This document shows, piece by piece, positions 1 to 9,962 of a stretch of 64,000 bases of DNA. Each line of letters begins with the position of its first letter. The stretch's first letter is position 1. The notes beneath the pieces were generated by a model, which was given only the letters and a program-made list of their open reading frames with translations, ran no database searches and was not told the DNA's origin. The translations under genes and the position numbers were made by a program. This DNA is from Azolla caroliniana (taxonomy: Eukaryota > Plantae > Polypodiophyta), in NCBI GenBank assembly GCA_043228905.1, contig JBHGNT010000009.1, positions 14,570,001 through 14,634,000 of the forward strand. Direction: 5' to 3'.

Positions 1-280
1 CCTAACTCTAAACCTAACGGTATACCCTCTAATGCAAAATGGGCAACCCTTTCACAAAGGGCGTTCCCTTCCTTTTATAGAACAAGGAGAGGGATGCGTT
101 ACAATGTGGGATAAATCCCGACTTACATGGGATCGTATGTCCCGACTTGACTACTCTTCGGCGCCATAAAGGCGCCCTCGATATTCACACTAAATGTACA
201 TGGGTGCGTACACACGTTGCACCCTGCCGATGTAGCCAATGTTCCCCGGTTTCCGCCTCTGGCCGAAATTCTTCACGACA
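1..280 (-). mobile_element. Partial LTR of the 4-bp-TSD family, inserted into a gag-like ORF
   Basis: Ends GCCGAAATTCTTCACGACA at 280, matching the terminus at 10670 and the reverse complement of the LTR start at 2021. It is followed by ACGG and resumption of gag-like NGLVANW coding sequence. Confidence 0.65.
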
Positions 281-2560
281 ACGGGCTTGTGGCAAATTGG
301 GCTGCGATGAAGAGAGCGTGCAACAAGATCGATAGGCATCATCAATGGCTTGAAGATATTGACTTGGTAAGGTCAAACATAGAAAAAACAAGACCATCTA
401 AAGAATTCTAGTTGCCTAAACAAAGCAACCTACATGAAAAGAAGATTGATGATGACTCGAGGACGGAGAAGGCGCTTTCGAGGGAGGATGAATGTTTCGG
501 AACATGTGTTGTGTTTGAAACATCGGATGATGAAGGAGCAAGCTTAATCGAAGCTTGCATCAATGGAGATAAAGAGTGTGAGGCTAGCGTAATTGAGGAT
601 CTAGCCACTAAAGACGACATCAAGGAGGTGACTATGAACAAGACAACAAGCGTCGAGAACGACCATGGCCAGATTTTCTCCGCACTTGTTCCAGAGACTT
701 GGGCAATTGCGTCCAAGAACCAACATTAGACCCAAGTGACGGAAGGTGTCGGTGAGGAGCCGAAGGTCAAAATGAATACATGCGACGAAGAGGGAAGCAT
801 AATCGAGGCTTGCTCGATCAAGAGGGTTAATGGGTACAAGGCCCATGAGTCTATAGAGGTAGCCAAGAAAGAAAACATCGAGTCGGAGGTGGCTCTGAAC
901 AAGTCAATGGAGAAAGGTCGTGTCGAGACTTTCCCACCACTAATTCTAGATACTTCGGCGGTTGCGTTCGAAAGGCAACGTGAGACCGAAGAGACGGAAG
1001 CTGGCAGAGAGAAAAGAAAGGTCAAAGTCAATGCATACGATGAAGAGATAGCCGAGAAGGTGCCTATGGGCGAAACAACAGAGGACGGTAATACCAACGA
1101 TTCTTGCCCACTAATTCTAGAGACTTCGACGGTTGTGTCCGAGAACCAACATGAGATCGAAGAGACGGGAGGTGGCAACAAGGAATGTAGAGCCGGAAGT
1201 GAGTTCACACGGAAGATGATCCGACCGGAATTCCGGCCTACACAAAAGCCAAACCAAGTGGAAGTGGATTCGGCCGAAATCTAATTGGTCGAGCCTGACC
1301 CGGATGGAAATCATTCCAGTCGGAAGCCGATCAGACGAGACCGATCCGGAAAGAAGCTAATCTGACTCAATCGGAGGTCGAATCAATCGAGGCCGGTGAA
1401 CATGAGGAAATGGAAGCCAACCCGGACCGAAACCGATCGGTCGAACCCGACCCGGAAGGGGGCCGACTCGGTCAAAACCAATCAACCGAGTCCAATTCAG
1501 CCGAAAACAAATCTGAACGGAAGCCAATCCAACCGAAAGCCGATCAGCCAAGACTAATCTGGAAAGAAGTCAAGGTTGATGAAGACAAGGAAGAGGCCAA
1601 GCAAGCACACTACCATGGATGACAAGGGCTAAATGACCCAAGCAGATTTGAAGGTTGTTACCGATGATGAGATCTCTACTAAGGAGGGCTCTAACATGAA
1701 GATCATCAACTCTAACACGAGATTGTACGACGAAGGTGGACGAAGTGCGGAGTGCCTTGACCAAGGAGATGGTCGGGACGAAGGTGGAACATGCATAAAG
1801 CCTAAATGGTTATATGCTCGGAAGGAGAACAAGGGGCCATGACAATTGGTCATGGTAAAGCAAAGAATGAGCAAATGATATGGTGTATTGGGTGGCGACA
1901 ATGGTTCGAGCGAAGGGAATGGACATGCTTGAAATGGAGGAATCGTAATAATCACCATAGCCGAAATCTCACACTCTCTCTTCTTGGCATGTACCAGAGG
2001 ATGTGCGGTTTGGTGGGGGATGTCATGAAGATTTTCGGCAACGGTGTGAAAATTGTGTGCAACAAACAAAATCGAGAAGGTGCAATGTGCACGTGTGAAA
2101 GGGGTGGAGGCCACACACATATGCTAGCATGTTGTAAATAGGACTGAAATGAGAATCGTAAAAGAAAAGCTAGATGTAAAGTTAAACATGTGCACGTGTG
2201 ATGTGTGCTCAATTGTAAATATAAAAATAAGACTAAAGCCTACTAACATTTAAGTGCATACATAGGGGTGGATGCAAGGCTTGAACCTTGCACCTCCAAG
2301 ATAGGAGACAAATTAACTTACCACTAAAGGCACTACTAAGTGCTTTAGAATTTGTATATTTTCTTTTCATATTCAGTATTTTGTAGGAAACAAAACATAT
2401 AGAAACCGTGGGCACAAAACCATGGTTTGAGCTCGTGGTTTTAACCCATGGTTTCAGCCCGTGGGTTTAGCCCATGGTTTTTGCATGGAGAGACCTATAA
2501 AAGCCTATAGTTGGGCTTGTGTAAGGAGGCAAGTGATGTAAGTAAAACAGAAATTTTTAA
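281..2560 (+). mobile_element. Degenerate gag-only LTR element (same family as 55638-59284): E-rich internal ORFs, PPT, truncated 3' LTR from 2021
   Basis: ORFs 412-729 and 736-1284 resemble the minus-strand ORFs at 56917-57699 (ETWAIA, ETSxVV..QHE). PPT GGTGGGGGA is followed by TGTCATGAAG at 2021. 2233-2530 is homologous to the reverse complement of 55870-56170. Confidence 0.8.
2265..2340 (-). ncRNA. tRNA-like Pol III cassette within LTR
   Basis: Minus strand reads GTGCCTTTAGTGG ... GCAAGG-TTCAAG-CCTTGC (T-arm-like hairpin). Homologous to 59072-59146. Confidence 0.45.
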
Positions 2561-2595
2561 TCAAAGATCTGAGTTATCCTAATGGTGATGTATCT

Positions 2596-3625
2596 TGTCG
2601 GATTCGGATATGTTGGTTGATGCAGATACAAGCCAGTCGACATCCAGATATGTCATGACTTATGTAGGGGGAGTTATCTCGTCGCAATCGAGACTACAAA
2701 AGACGGTTGCGTTGTCAACCACGGAGGCAAAGTACATGGCAGTTGTGGAAGCCGGCAAGGAGATAATCTGGATGAAGGACTTCATTGAAGAGCTAGGGAT
2801 CCAACAGGAGGAATACCAGCTCTACTGCGACAGTCAAAACGTCATCCACCTTGCAAAGAACGCGGCCTACCATTCCCAGACGAAACATATCCAACGAAGG
2901 TACCACTTGATCCGCGAGAGAGTAGAAGATCAAGAGTTCGTGCTGACGAAGATCCACACGGAGGAGAACGGGTCGGACATGTTGCCAAGGTCCTGACAAC
3001 CGACAAGCTAGACGTGTGCCGAAAGCGGATCGAGCTGACAAGATATCCCATGCCAGAGTGAAGGGGGAGATTGTTGGGAAATTGGTCTCTCCGGATAGGA
3101 TCTGGTGATGAATAAAGGGGACCCAGTGAGAACCGGAAGAGATGCGGAAACCGGAGGAGACCCAGTGAGAACCGAAAGAGAAGACATATTTGTAAATATG
3201 TCTTGAGTAAGCCTATTGAGGCTATATTTGTAAATAGCCCTAAGTTCATATTTAAGTATAAATATGACTTAGGGCAATCACTTTGTACAATGTTGTTGTT
3301 ATTGTCATATTGTAATACAGAGAGAGCTACAGAGAGAGAGAGTGTGTGTGTGTGTGTGAGATACAAAGCGACACTCTGTTGTAACCGCCGGTTGCCGAAG
3401 ATACAGAGCTCGAGGTTGTTGCCTCTAAGGGTCTAATTGTACCTTTCTCCTATAGTGATAGTTGGATTCTGTGGCTCCCGTGGTTTTTTCCCATTTAGGG
3501 TTTTCCACATAAACATCCTGTGCATTTCCTTTGTGTACTCTCCACTTCCCATTTCTGTGTTTCATTCTCAGAGAAGTGTTCAAGACTCGGTTGTGGCCGA
3601 GCAATATTCCGCGTTATTCTCTTCA
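2596..3625 (+). mobile_element. Ty1/copia 3' end: RNase H remnant, PPT and 3' LTR (3072-3625), family A
   Basis: ORF 2595-2996 has VALSTTEAKY..CDSQNVIHLAKN..HSQTKHI. PPT GAAGGGGGAGA precedes a TG...CA LTR homologous to 51584-52121 and 59390-59975. Confidence 0.9.
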
Positions 3626-4306
3626 CTTTGTGATTCAGTCGACTCAATAAGCGTCAATGTGGATGATTCCGAGATGGTGCAAATATGCCTCAACGACCTC
3701 GCACCACGGTGTCATGAAGATCTGTCACTACGTGCGGATCGTGAGGCGGAACCGTCGGGGTTCTGGACCGGAAGGATTCGAAGTTCACACAAGCTTTAGC
3801 AAGAAAGTATTTACGATAGATTGAAAGAGAGAGAGATTGAGATAAGATAAAACGCTTGACTTTAGATTGAGAGAGAGATTAAGATTAAACTTTGATTTTA
3901 AATTTGAAGAACACGATTAATACATCAATTGGATAACAAATTTTCTTCTTAATATTAATTTTGATATAAAGTACAAAGCTCTTGATAAAAAATTTACATT
4001 TTTTTCTTTTATGCACAAAATACTATAAGGCTTTTGGACCAAACATCTTTAAGACACCATGCACCGCGATCAACCGACCCGACCGATCCGTCCGATTTGC
4101 ATCTGTTTGGTTCAGCCCAGTTTGCATCCCGATGTTGCCGGCTCACCGGCTCCACCGCCGATTGCCGCCAGCTTACCGTCGCTTGCTCACCGGCTCCGTC
4201 ACTGATTGTCGCCGACTCACCATCGCCGGTTCATCGGCTCCATCGCCGATTGCCGCCGGCTCACCAGATCCGTCGTCGGATGCCAGTAACCGGGTTTACC
4301 GACATC

Positions 4307-4596
4307 TGTCATAACTAGACTCGAACCCATAACCTTTTGTTACACAGGTCAAGACTTTACCATTAGGTTATGAATTGTAATTTGAAGGATATTATTTTCA
4401 TTTAGGTTTTATTAGGAAATTGATGTATATTCCAGATTTCTCTGGAACATTCTAGAAACTTCAGGAGTATTCCTGAAGACACTATAAAAGGAGGCGCAAG
4501 GCATTAGTTCGAACCAAATCGGTTCAACGCCAGTCTTAAGCCTTCTAACCACTGTTGTATATCTTCCTTCATATAATACATATATCTTTCGCATCA

Positions 4597-4643
<47 letters not shown>

Positions 4644-4769
4644 CCTTCTCTCAAAGTTCGACACCTCTCATAGTACTAATCCTTCTCTGTCTTAGTACTA
4701 TTCCCCGACAATAGTACTAATCCTTCTTTCAGTACTAATTCCTTCTCTGCCTTAATAGAGTTCCTGACA
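4307..4769 (+). repeat. 5' LTR of chromovirus
   Basis: Direct repeat of 9619-10095. TATAAAAG at 4483, (CT)n tract, TAGTACTA repeats in U5. Confidence 0.97.
4310..4375 (-). ncRNA. tRNA-like A/B-box cassette, antisense at LTR 5' end (also 9622-9687)
   Basis: Minus strand has TAACCTAATGG (A-box-like, 4370-4360) and GGTTCGAGTCT (B-box-like, 4327-4317) at tRNA-like spacing. Confidence 0.55.
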
Positions 4770-4783
4770 GTTTGAACCGATTT
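4770..4783 (+). promoter_or_regulatory. Self-priming primer binding site
   Basis: TTGAACCGATTT (4772-4783) is complementary to AAATCGGTTCAA (4516-4527), which lies 33 nt after the TATA. No TGG tRNA-type PBS is present. Confidence 0.8.
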
Positions 4784-4872
4784 TCCTCGGTGCCTGTCTG
4801 GTCTTTTCTCTCCCTCTTCCTTCTGTCTCCCTCCTTTCCTATTAGTCTCTTATTCCCCTTTTCCTTCATCCC

Positions 4873-6042
4873 ATGGCCACCGTTAGCGCTGAAGAGTATC
4901 AATCCGTTTTCTCGGAATTTCAATGCTTGAAAGAGAAGTTTCATGCTTTGGAACAAGAAAATCAACGCTTGTTGGGGGATCTTCAGCAAATTTCCTTAGA
5001 AAAGCAGCAAACGCAACAACAGCATGGGGAACTTGCGTTACGCGTGCAACAACTCGAAGCAACCATCGTAGCAATGCAACAACAAGGGCACGGAGCACAA
5101 GGGATTCATAAAGAACCCAAGATTGGCCTTCCCACGAAGTTCGATGGAACGCGATCGCAGTTTAGAGGGTTTCTTAACCAGGTACGGTTAGTTATTCAAA
5201 TGCATCCGTCCCGATATCCCACCGATGCATCACGAGTGGGTTTAGTAGGCACGTTGTTAAATGGCTCAGCATTAGCATGGTTCGCTCCGCTACTAGAAAA
5301 GGAATCTCCAGTACTAAATAATTTTGAAGAATTCATAAGTGAGTTTAAAGCATGTTTTGGAGATACTGACAGCATAAGGACTGCAATCAATAAAATCCGG
5401 CGATTACGCCAAGGTGACCGTCCAGCCTCCGCATATGCTGCAGATTTCCGCCTACTCGCCGCCGATATCCCCTGGGATGATCAAGCATTGATGGAGCAGT
5501 TCCGCTATGGTCTACGCAACGATGTCAAGGATTTACTCTTGACTTTCCCTGAAGAGCCAAAATCATTAACAGAAGCAATCAGTCGAGCGGTCAGATGTGA
5601 CAACCGCCTCTTCGAGCGACGTTCGGAACGACAATTTCAGATGCCGAGGGCAAGATCCGAGCCTACCTATGCCTCAGTGGTAGCGAAACCTTTTCAAAGG
5701 GAGTCACATAATGCGCCTCCAGTAAGTACTCCAACTCCAATGGAAATTGACACTACACGTCGTCGTGGGCCGCTATCGGAGGAGGAAAAGCAACGACGCC
5801 GAACAAACCGATTATGCCTTTATTGCGGTGGACCAGGGCATATCGCGATAAACTGTCCCCATAGACCAAGAAGGCAGGTAAACCAAGTCGTTGTTAGTTC
5901 TGACTATACTAAACCCGAGTCTATTTCAGTAGGAATCTCTGATAGTCCTCATAGTCATAATAGTCCTAATAGTACTAATAGTCCGAATCTCGCAAACAAA
6001 TTTGATATCCTTAGCCAATTAGAAGAAGAGTTAAACGACTAA
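4873..6042 (+). CDS. gag: Gag polyprotein (coiled coil, capsid, CCHC zinc knuckle)
   Basis: 389-aa ORF with PTKFDGTR, LRQG..SAYAADFR, PMEID and CLYCGGPGHIAINC. Confidence 0.95.
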   Translation: MATVSAEEYQSVFSEFQCLKEKFHALEQENQRLLGDLQQISLEKQQTQQQHGELALRVQQLEATIVAMQQQGHGAQGIHKEPKIGLPTKFDGTRSQFRGFLNQVRLVIQMHPSRYPTDASRVGLVGTLLNGSALAWFAPLLEKESPVLNNFEEFISEFKACFGDTDSIRTAINKIRRLRQGDRPASAYAADFRLLAADIPWDDQALMEQFRYGLRNDVKDLLLTFPEEPKSLTEAISRAVRCDNRLFERRSERQFQMPRARSEPTYASVVAKPFQRESHNAPPVSTPTPMEIDTTRRRGPLSEEEKQRRRTNRLCLYCGGPGHIAINCPHRPRRQVNQVVVSSDYTKPESISVGISDSPHSHNSPNSTNSPNLANKFDILSQLEEELND

Positions 6043-9000
6043 GTCCAGCCAAAATAGGAGTCGTTTGGTTGGACAGCCCTAGATCTGTGCAGCCCATTAG
6101 TGGTTCCATTCCCTCTAAGCAAGTTAGTGATGTGTTCGTAGCCCAAGTAGCAGTTAGTACTAAAAGTACCCCTCCAGTACATACCTTAGCCCTTCTAGAT
6201 TCCGGAGCTAATTCTTGCTTCATGGATAGGAATTTTGCCCGAGCTCATCAGATATCTCTCAGAAAGCTCCCATGTCCAGCCTCAGTAGTAGTCATTGATG
6301 GTCGTCCCATTGCTTCTGGTAATATCATAGAAGAGTCGGAACCCGTTAATATTGTCCTAGATAACTTAACATGTGTAGTATCATTTAATATTATTAGTAT
6401 TCCAGAACATCCCATAGTTTTAGGATTACCATGGTTCGAGTTACATAACCCAGACATAGATTGGAGGACAAGGGAAATCCAGTTGCGACAAACCCAAGGA
6501 TCTACCCAGAAGGTTGCAACCATTTCGCTACGTCAGTTGCGTGAGGAAGGGCGCAAGGAGGAAATGTTTCTCTTCGCAATATCAGTACAACCCTCCAGCA
6601 CCACCAAAGAGGAGTCCACCGTTCAACTTCCCGAGAAGTATCATCAGTATGCTGATGTGTTCGATAAAGTACAAGCCAACACACTTCCTCATCATCGGCC
6701 GTACGATTGCGCCATCGACTTACAACCGGGAAAAGAGCCGCCATGGGGGCCGATCTACAATTTGTCACCAACCGAGCTAGAAGTCCTTCGAGCCTATATA
6801 GAGGAGAATTTGGAGAACGGTTTCATTCGGCATTCGAAATCTCCAGCCGGCGCACCCATTTTCTTCGTCAAGAAAAAAGATGGCTCGCTTCGACTCGTTG
6901 TAGATTACCGTGGCTTGAATAAGGTCACAGTAAGAAATAGGTATGCTCTTCCCCTTATCTCAAGTCTTTTAGAACGGATCAACGGTGCCAGGTTCTTCAC
7001 GAAGATCGACTTACGAGGAGCCTATAACCTCGTACGGATCCGACCAGGAGATGAATGGAAGACCGCGTTTCGCACCAGATATGGGCACTTCGAGTATACG
7101 GTCATGCCGTTCGGACTCACTAATGCGCCGGCAGTCTTCCAGCACATGGCGAATGATATATTTCGAGATCTCTTGGATGATTTTTTGATCATCTATTTGG
7201 ATGATCTACTGGTTTATTCAAAGACCCAAGAAGAACATGATTCTCATGTACTATTAGTACTAAAACGACTTCGAGAACATGGTCTGCATGCAAAGTTAGA
7301 GAAATGTAGTTTCGGGTGCAACCAAGTGGAGTTTCTCAGCTATGTCATCTCCTCAGAAGGCATATCTATGGACCCAGCCAAGGTCAAAACGGTGATAGAA
7401 TGGCACACTCCGCGTTCGGTGCGGGATGTGCAATGCTTCCTAGGCTTTGCAAATTTTTACCGGAAGTTCATACAAAATTACTCAAAAATTGTGCTGCCTC
7501 TCACACAGCTCACCAGGAAGGGACAATCATTCATCTGGTCTAAAGAGACGGACATGGCTTTCGAGAGTCTTAAGAAGGCGTTTACATCAGCTCCAATTTT
7601 AGGTCATGTGGATCCGGAAAAACCATTCATTATCGAAGCTGACGCATCGGATTTCGCATTGGGGAGCATTCTGTCACAACAAGGTAACGACGAGAAGCTA
7701 CATCCTGTGGCTTTCCACTCCCGTAAGTTTGACGCCGCCGAAATCAACTACGAAATTCATGATAAAGAGCTATTAGCAATAGTTGATTCTTTTATGCAAT
7801 GGAGGCATTTCCTGGAGGGATCTCCTCATCAGGTCACTGTATTCAGTGACCACAAGAACCTTGCCTACTTTCAAGATGCTCGTGTACTGAATCGACGTCA
7901 AGCTCGGTGGGCCCACTTCCTCACACGCTTCGACTTCAAAATTACATATCGTCCGGGGAAGCACCAAGGGAAGGCAGATGCATTATCACGGCGTTCGTAT
8001 CTAACACCACGTCCCGGTGAGCCAGCTTTCGATAACCAGAAGCAAGTAATCTTGGGTCCAGCACGACTGCAAGCAGCACAGGTCTTTGACATGCCCGTGG
8101 ATTCCGACATTACCAATACTATACGTGAGGACTTGAAGACTGACGCTTTCGCCCAAGCTATACTAGCACAAATTGACCCCTCTCGAGCGTCATGTTCACA
8201 ATCACAATCACCAGGTACGGATTATCGGCAATTCAAATACTGTGATGGATTACTCTTCTTTAAAGAACTTTTGTATGTTCCTAATGGTTCTTGCCGCCTT
8301 CGAGTAGTACAAAACTGCCATGACACATATACAGCAGGACATTTTGGTAGTACTAAAACATTAGATTTAGTACAACGATCATTCTGGTGGCCCCGTATGC
8401 GACAATTTGTCGAAGATTTTGTTCGGACTTGCGATACATGCTGCAGAGCGAAAATGCCAAGACATCATCCATATGGTTTATTAGAACCATTACCAATTCC
8501 AAGCAAGCCATGGCAATCCATTGCTCTTGACTTCATTACAGATCTTCCAGTCTCTAAGGGATTCAGTGCGATTCTCACAGTGGTGGATCGATATACGAAG
8601 ATGGCTCATTTCTTACCATGTACTAAAGAAATATCTAGTGAAGACACCGCCGAAATTGTCATGCGGGAAGTATGTCGGCATCATGGACTCCCTGATAATA
8701 TCATCAGCGATCGTGGACCCCAGTTTGTGTCAAAATTCTGGAAGCACCTTTTTAAAATGCTGAAGGTCACTTGTAACCTCTCCTCCGGCTACCACCCACA
8801 AACCGACGGTCAAGCCGAACGAACAAATCAGACACTGGAGCAGTATCTGCGGTGCTTTCTCAACTATCATCAGAATGACTGGGCAGATATTCTTCAGTTC
8901 GCCGAATTTGCCTATAATAACGCTATCCACGCATCGACTAAAGTCACGCCATTCTACGCTTATACAGGATATCATCCCCGGTGGTGTGTCCTTGAAACCC

Positions 9001-9626
9001 CAGAAGTGTCCACAAATCCTTGCGCGGAGGATCGTTTGGAGCGGTTACGCAAGATACAAGCGGATTTATCTACTCAACTCCAGCAAGCTCAACAATCACA
9101 CAAGGACTACGCAGATCGTCATCGACTTCCATCCAGTTTTAACATTGGAGATCGGGTGTGGCTGCTACGACGACACATCAAGACTACTCGCCCATGTGAG
9201 AAGTTGGATTATCGGCGATTAGGTCCTTTCCGTATTATCGGGAAGATTAATGATGTCGCTTTTCGTCTCGAGCTACCTCCGCAACTTCGGATACATCCGG
9301 TGTTTCATAGTTCTCTCCTCGAACCCTATCACGAGAGCACTATCCCAGGACGTACTATACAACCACCACCTCCTATCGAGCTCGAAGATGGACCTGAGTA
9401 TGAGGTCGCTGCCATCCTCGATTCCAAGATTGTTCGCAACAAGCTCTACTATCTAGTCGATTGGCTAGGATATAGTCCCAGCGAGCGTACTTGGGAACCG
9501 ATCGAGAATGTGACCAATGCTCGTGCTCTTCTAGAAGACTTCCATCGACGATATCCCGAGAAACCGGGTCCTCAATCCAAAACGACTCGTGGAACTCGTC
9601 GTTTTAAAGGGGGGATAGTGTCATAA
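6015..9626 (+). CDS. pol: Pol polyprotein (PR-RT-RNase H-IN-chromodomain), -1 frame relative to gag
   Basis: Frame is open from 6015. LLDSGA (protease), YLDDLL (RT), EADASD..YEIHDKEL (RNase H), HHCC plus DDE integrase, GPF module, and YEVAAILD..YYLVDWLGY..TWEP chromodomain. Confidence 0.97.
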   Translation, partial: PIRRRVKRLSPAKIGVVWLDSPRSVQPISGSIPSKQVSDVFVAQVAVSTKSTPPVHTLALLDSGANSCFMDRNFARAHQISLRKLPCPASVVVIDGRPIASGNIIEESEPVNIVLDNLTCVVSFNIISIPEHPIVLGLPWFELHNPDIDWRTREIQLRQTQGSTQKVATISLRQLREEGRKEEMFLFAISVQPSSTTKEESTVQLPEKYHQYADVFDKVQANTLPHHRPYDCAIDLQPGKEPPWGPIYNLSPTELEVLRAYIEENLENGFIRHSKSPAGAPIFFVKKKDGSLRLVVDYRGLNKVTVRNRYALPLISSLLERINGARFFTKIDLRGAYNLVRIRPGDEWKTAFRTRYGHFEYTVMPFGLTNAPAVFQHMANDIFRDLLDDFLIIYLDDLLVYSKTQEEHDSHVLLVLKRLREHGLHAKLEKCSFGCNQVEFLSYVISSEGISMDPAKVKTVIEWHTPRSVRDVQCFLGFANFYRKFIQNYSKIVLPLTQLTRKGQSFIWSKETDMAFESLKKAFTSAPILGHVDPEKPFIIEADASDFALGSILSQQGNDEKLHPVAFHSRKFDAAEINYEIHDKELLAIVDSFMQWRHFLEGSPHQVTVFSDHKNLAYFQDARVLNRRQARWAHFLTRFDFKITYRPGKHQGKADALSRRSYLTPRPGEPAFDNQKQVILGPARLQAAQVFDMPVDSDITNTIREDLKTDAFAQAILAQIDPSRASCSQSQSPGTDYRQFKYCDGLLFFKELLYVPNGSCRLRVVQNCHDTYTAGHFGSTKTLDLVQRSFWWPRMRQFVEDFVRTCDTCCRAKMPRHHPYGLLEPLPIPSKPWQSIALDFITDLPVSKGFSAILTVVDRYTKMAHFLPCTKEISSEDTAEIVMREVCRHHGLPDNIISDRGPQFVSKFWKHLFKMLKVTCNLSSGYHPQTDGQAERTNQTLEQYLRCFLNYHQNDWADILQFAEFAYNNAIHASTKVTPFYAYTGYHPRWCVLETPEVSTNPCAEDRLERLRKIQADLSTQLQQAQQSHKDYADRHRLPSSFNIGDRVWLLRRHIKTTRPCEKLDYRRLGPFRIIGKINDVAFRLELPPQLRIHPVFHSSLLEPYHESTIPGRTIQPPPPIELEDGPEYEVAAILDSKIVRNKLYYLVDWLGYSPSERTWEPIENVTNARALLEDFHRRYPEKPGPQSKTTRGTRRFKGGIVS
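6030..6082 (+). promoter_or_regulatory. Putative -1 ribosomal frameshift signal
   Basis: G TTA AAC in the gag frame, a 6-nt spacer, then an 11-bp stem GTCCAGCCAAA/TTTGGTTGGAC. Confidence 0.75.
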
Positions 9627-9908
9627 CTAGACTCGAACCCATAACCTTTTGTTACACAGGTCAAGACTTTACCATTAGGTTATGAATTGTAATTTGAAGG
9701 ATATTATTTTCATTTAGGTTTTATTAGGAAATTGATGTATATTCCAGATTTCTCTGGAACATTCTAGAAACTTCAGGAGTATTCCTGAAGACACTATAAA
9801 AGGAGGCGCAAGGCATTAGTTCGAACCAAATCGGTTCAACGCCAGTCTTAAGCCTTCTAACCACTGTTGTATATCTTCCTTCATATAATACATATATCTT
9901 TCGCATCA

Positions 9909-9962
<54 letters not shown>

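Noticed and set aside
4310-4375. Functional tRNA genes in LTRs (also 14988, 56080, 59072, 32283)
   Set aside because: No convincing acceptor stem or 7-nt anticodon loop; reported only as tRNA-like cassettes.
4412-4654. RE/SL-repeat ORFs (also 9724, 33310, 48269, 51121, 59371, 61365)
   Set aside because: These are translations of (CT)n/(GA)n microsatellites.
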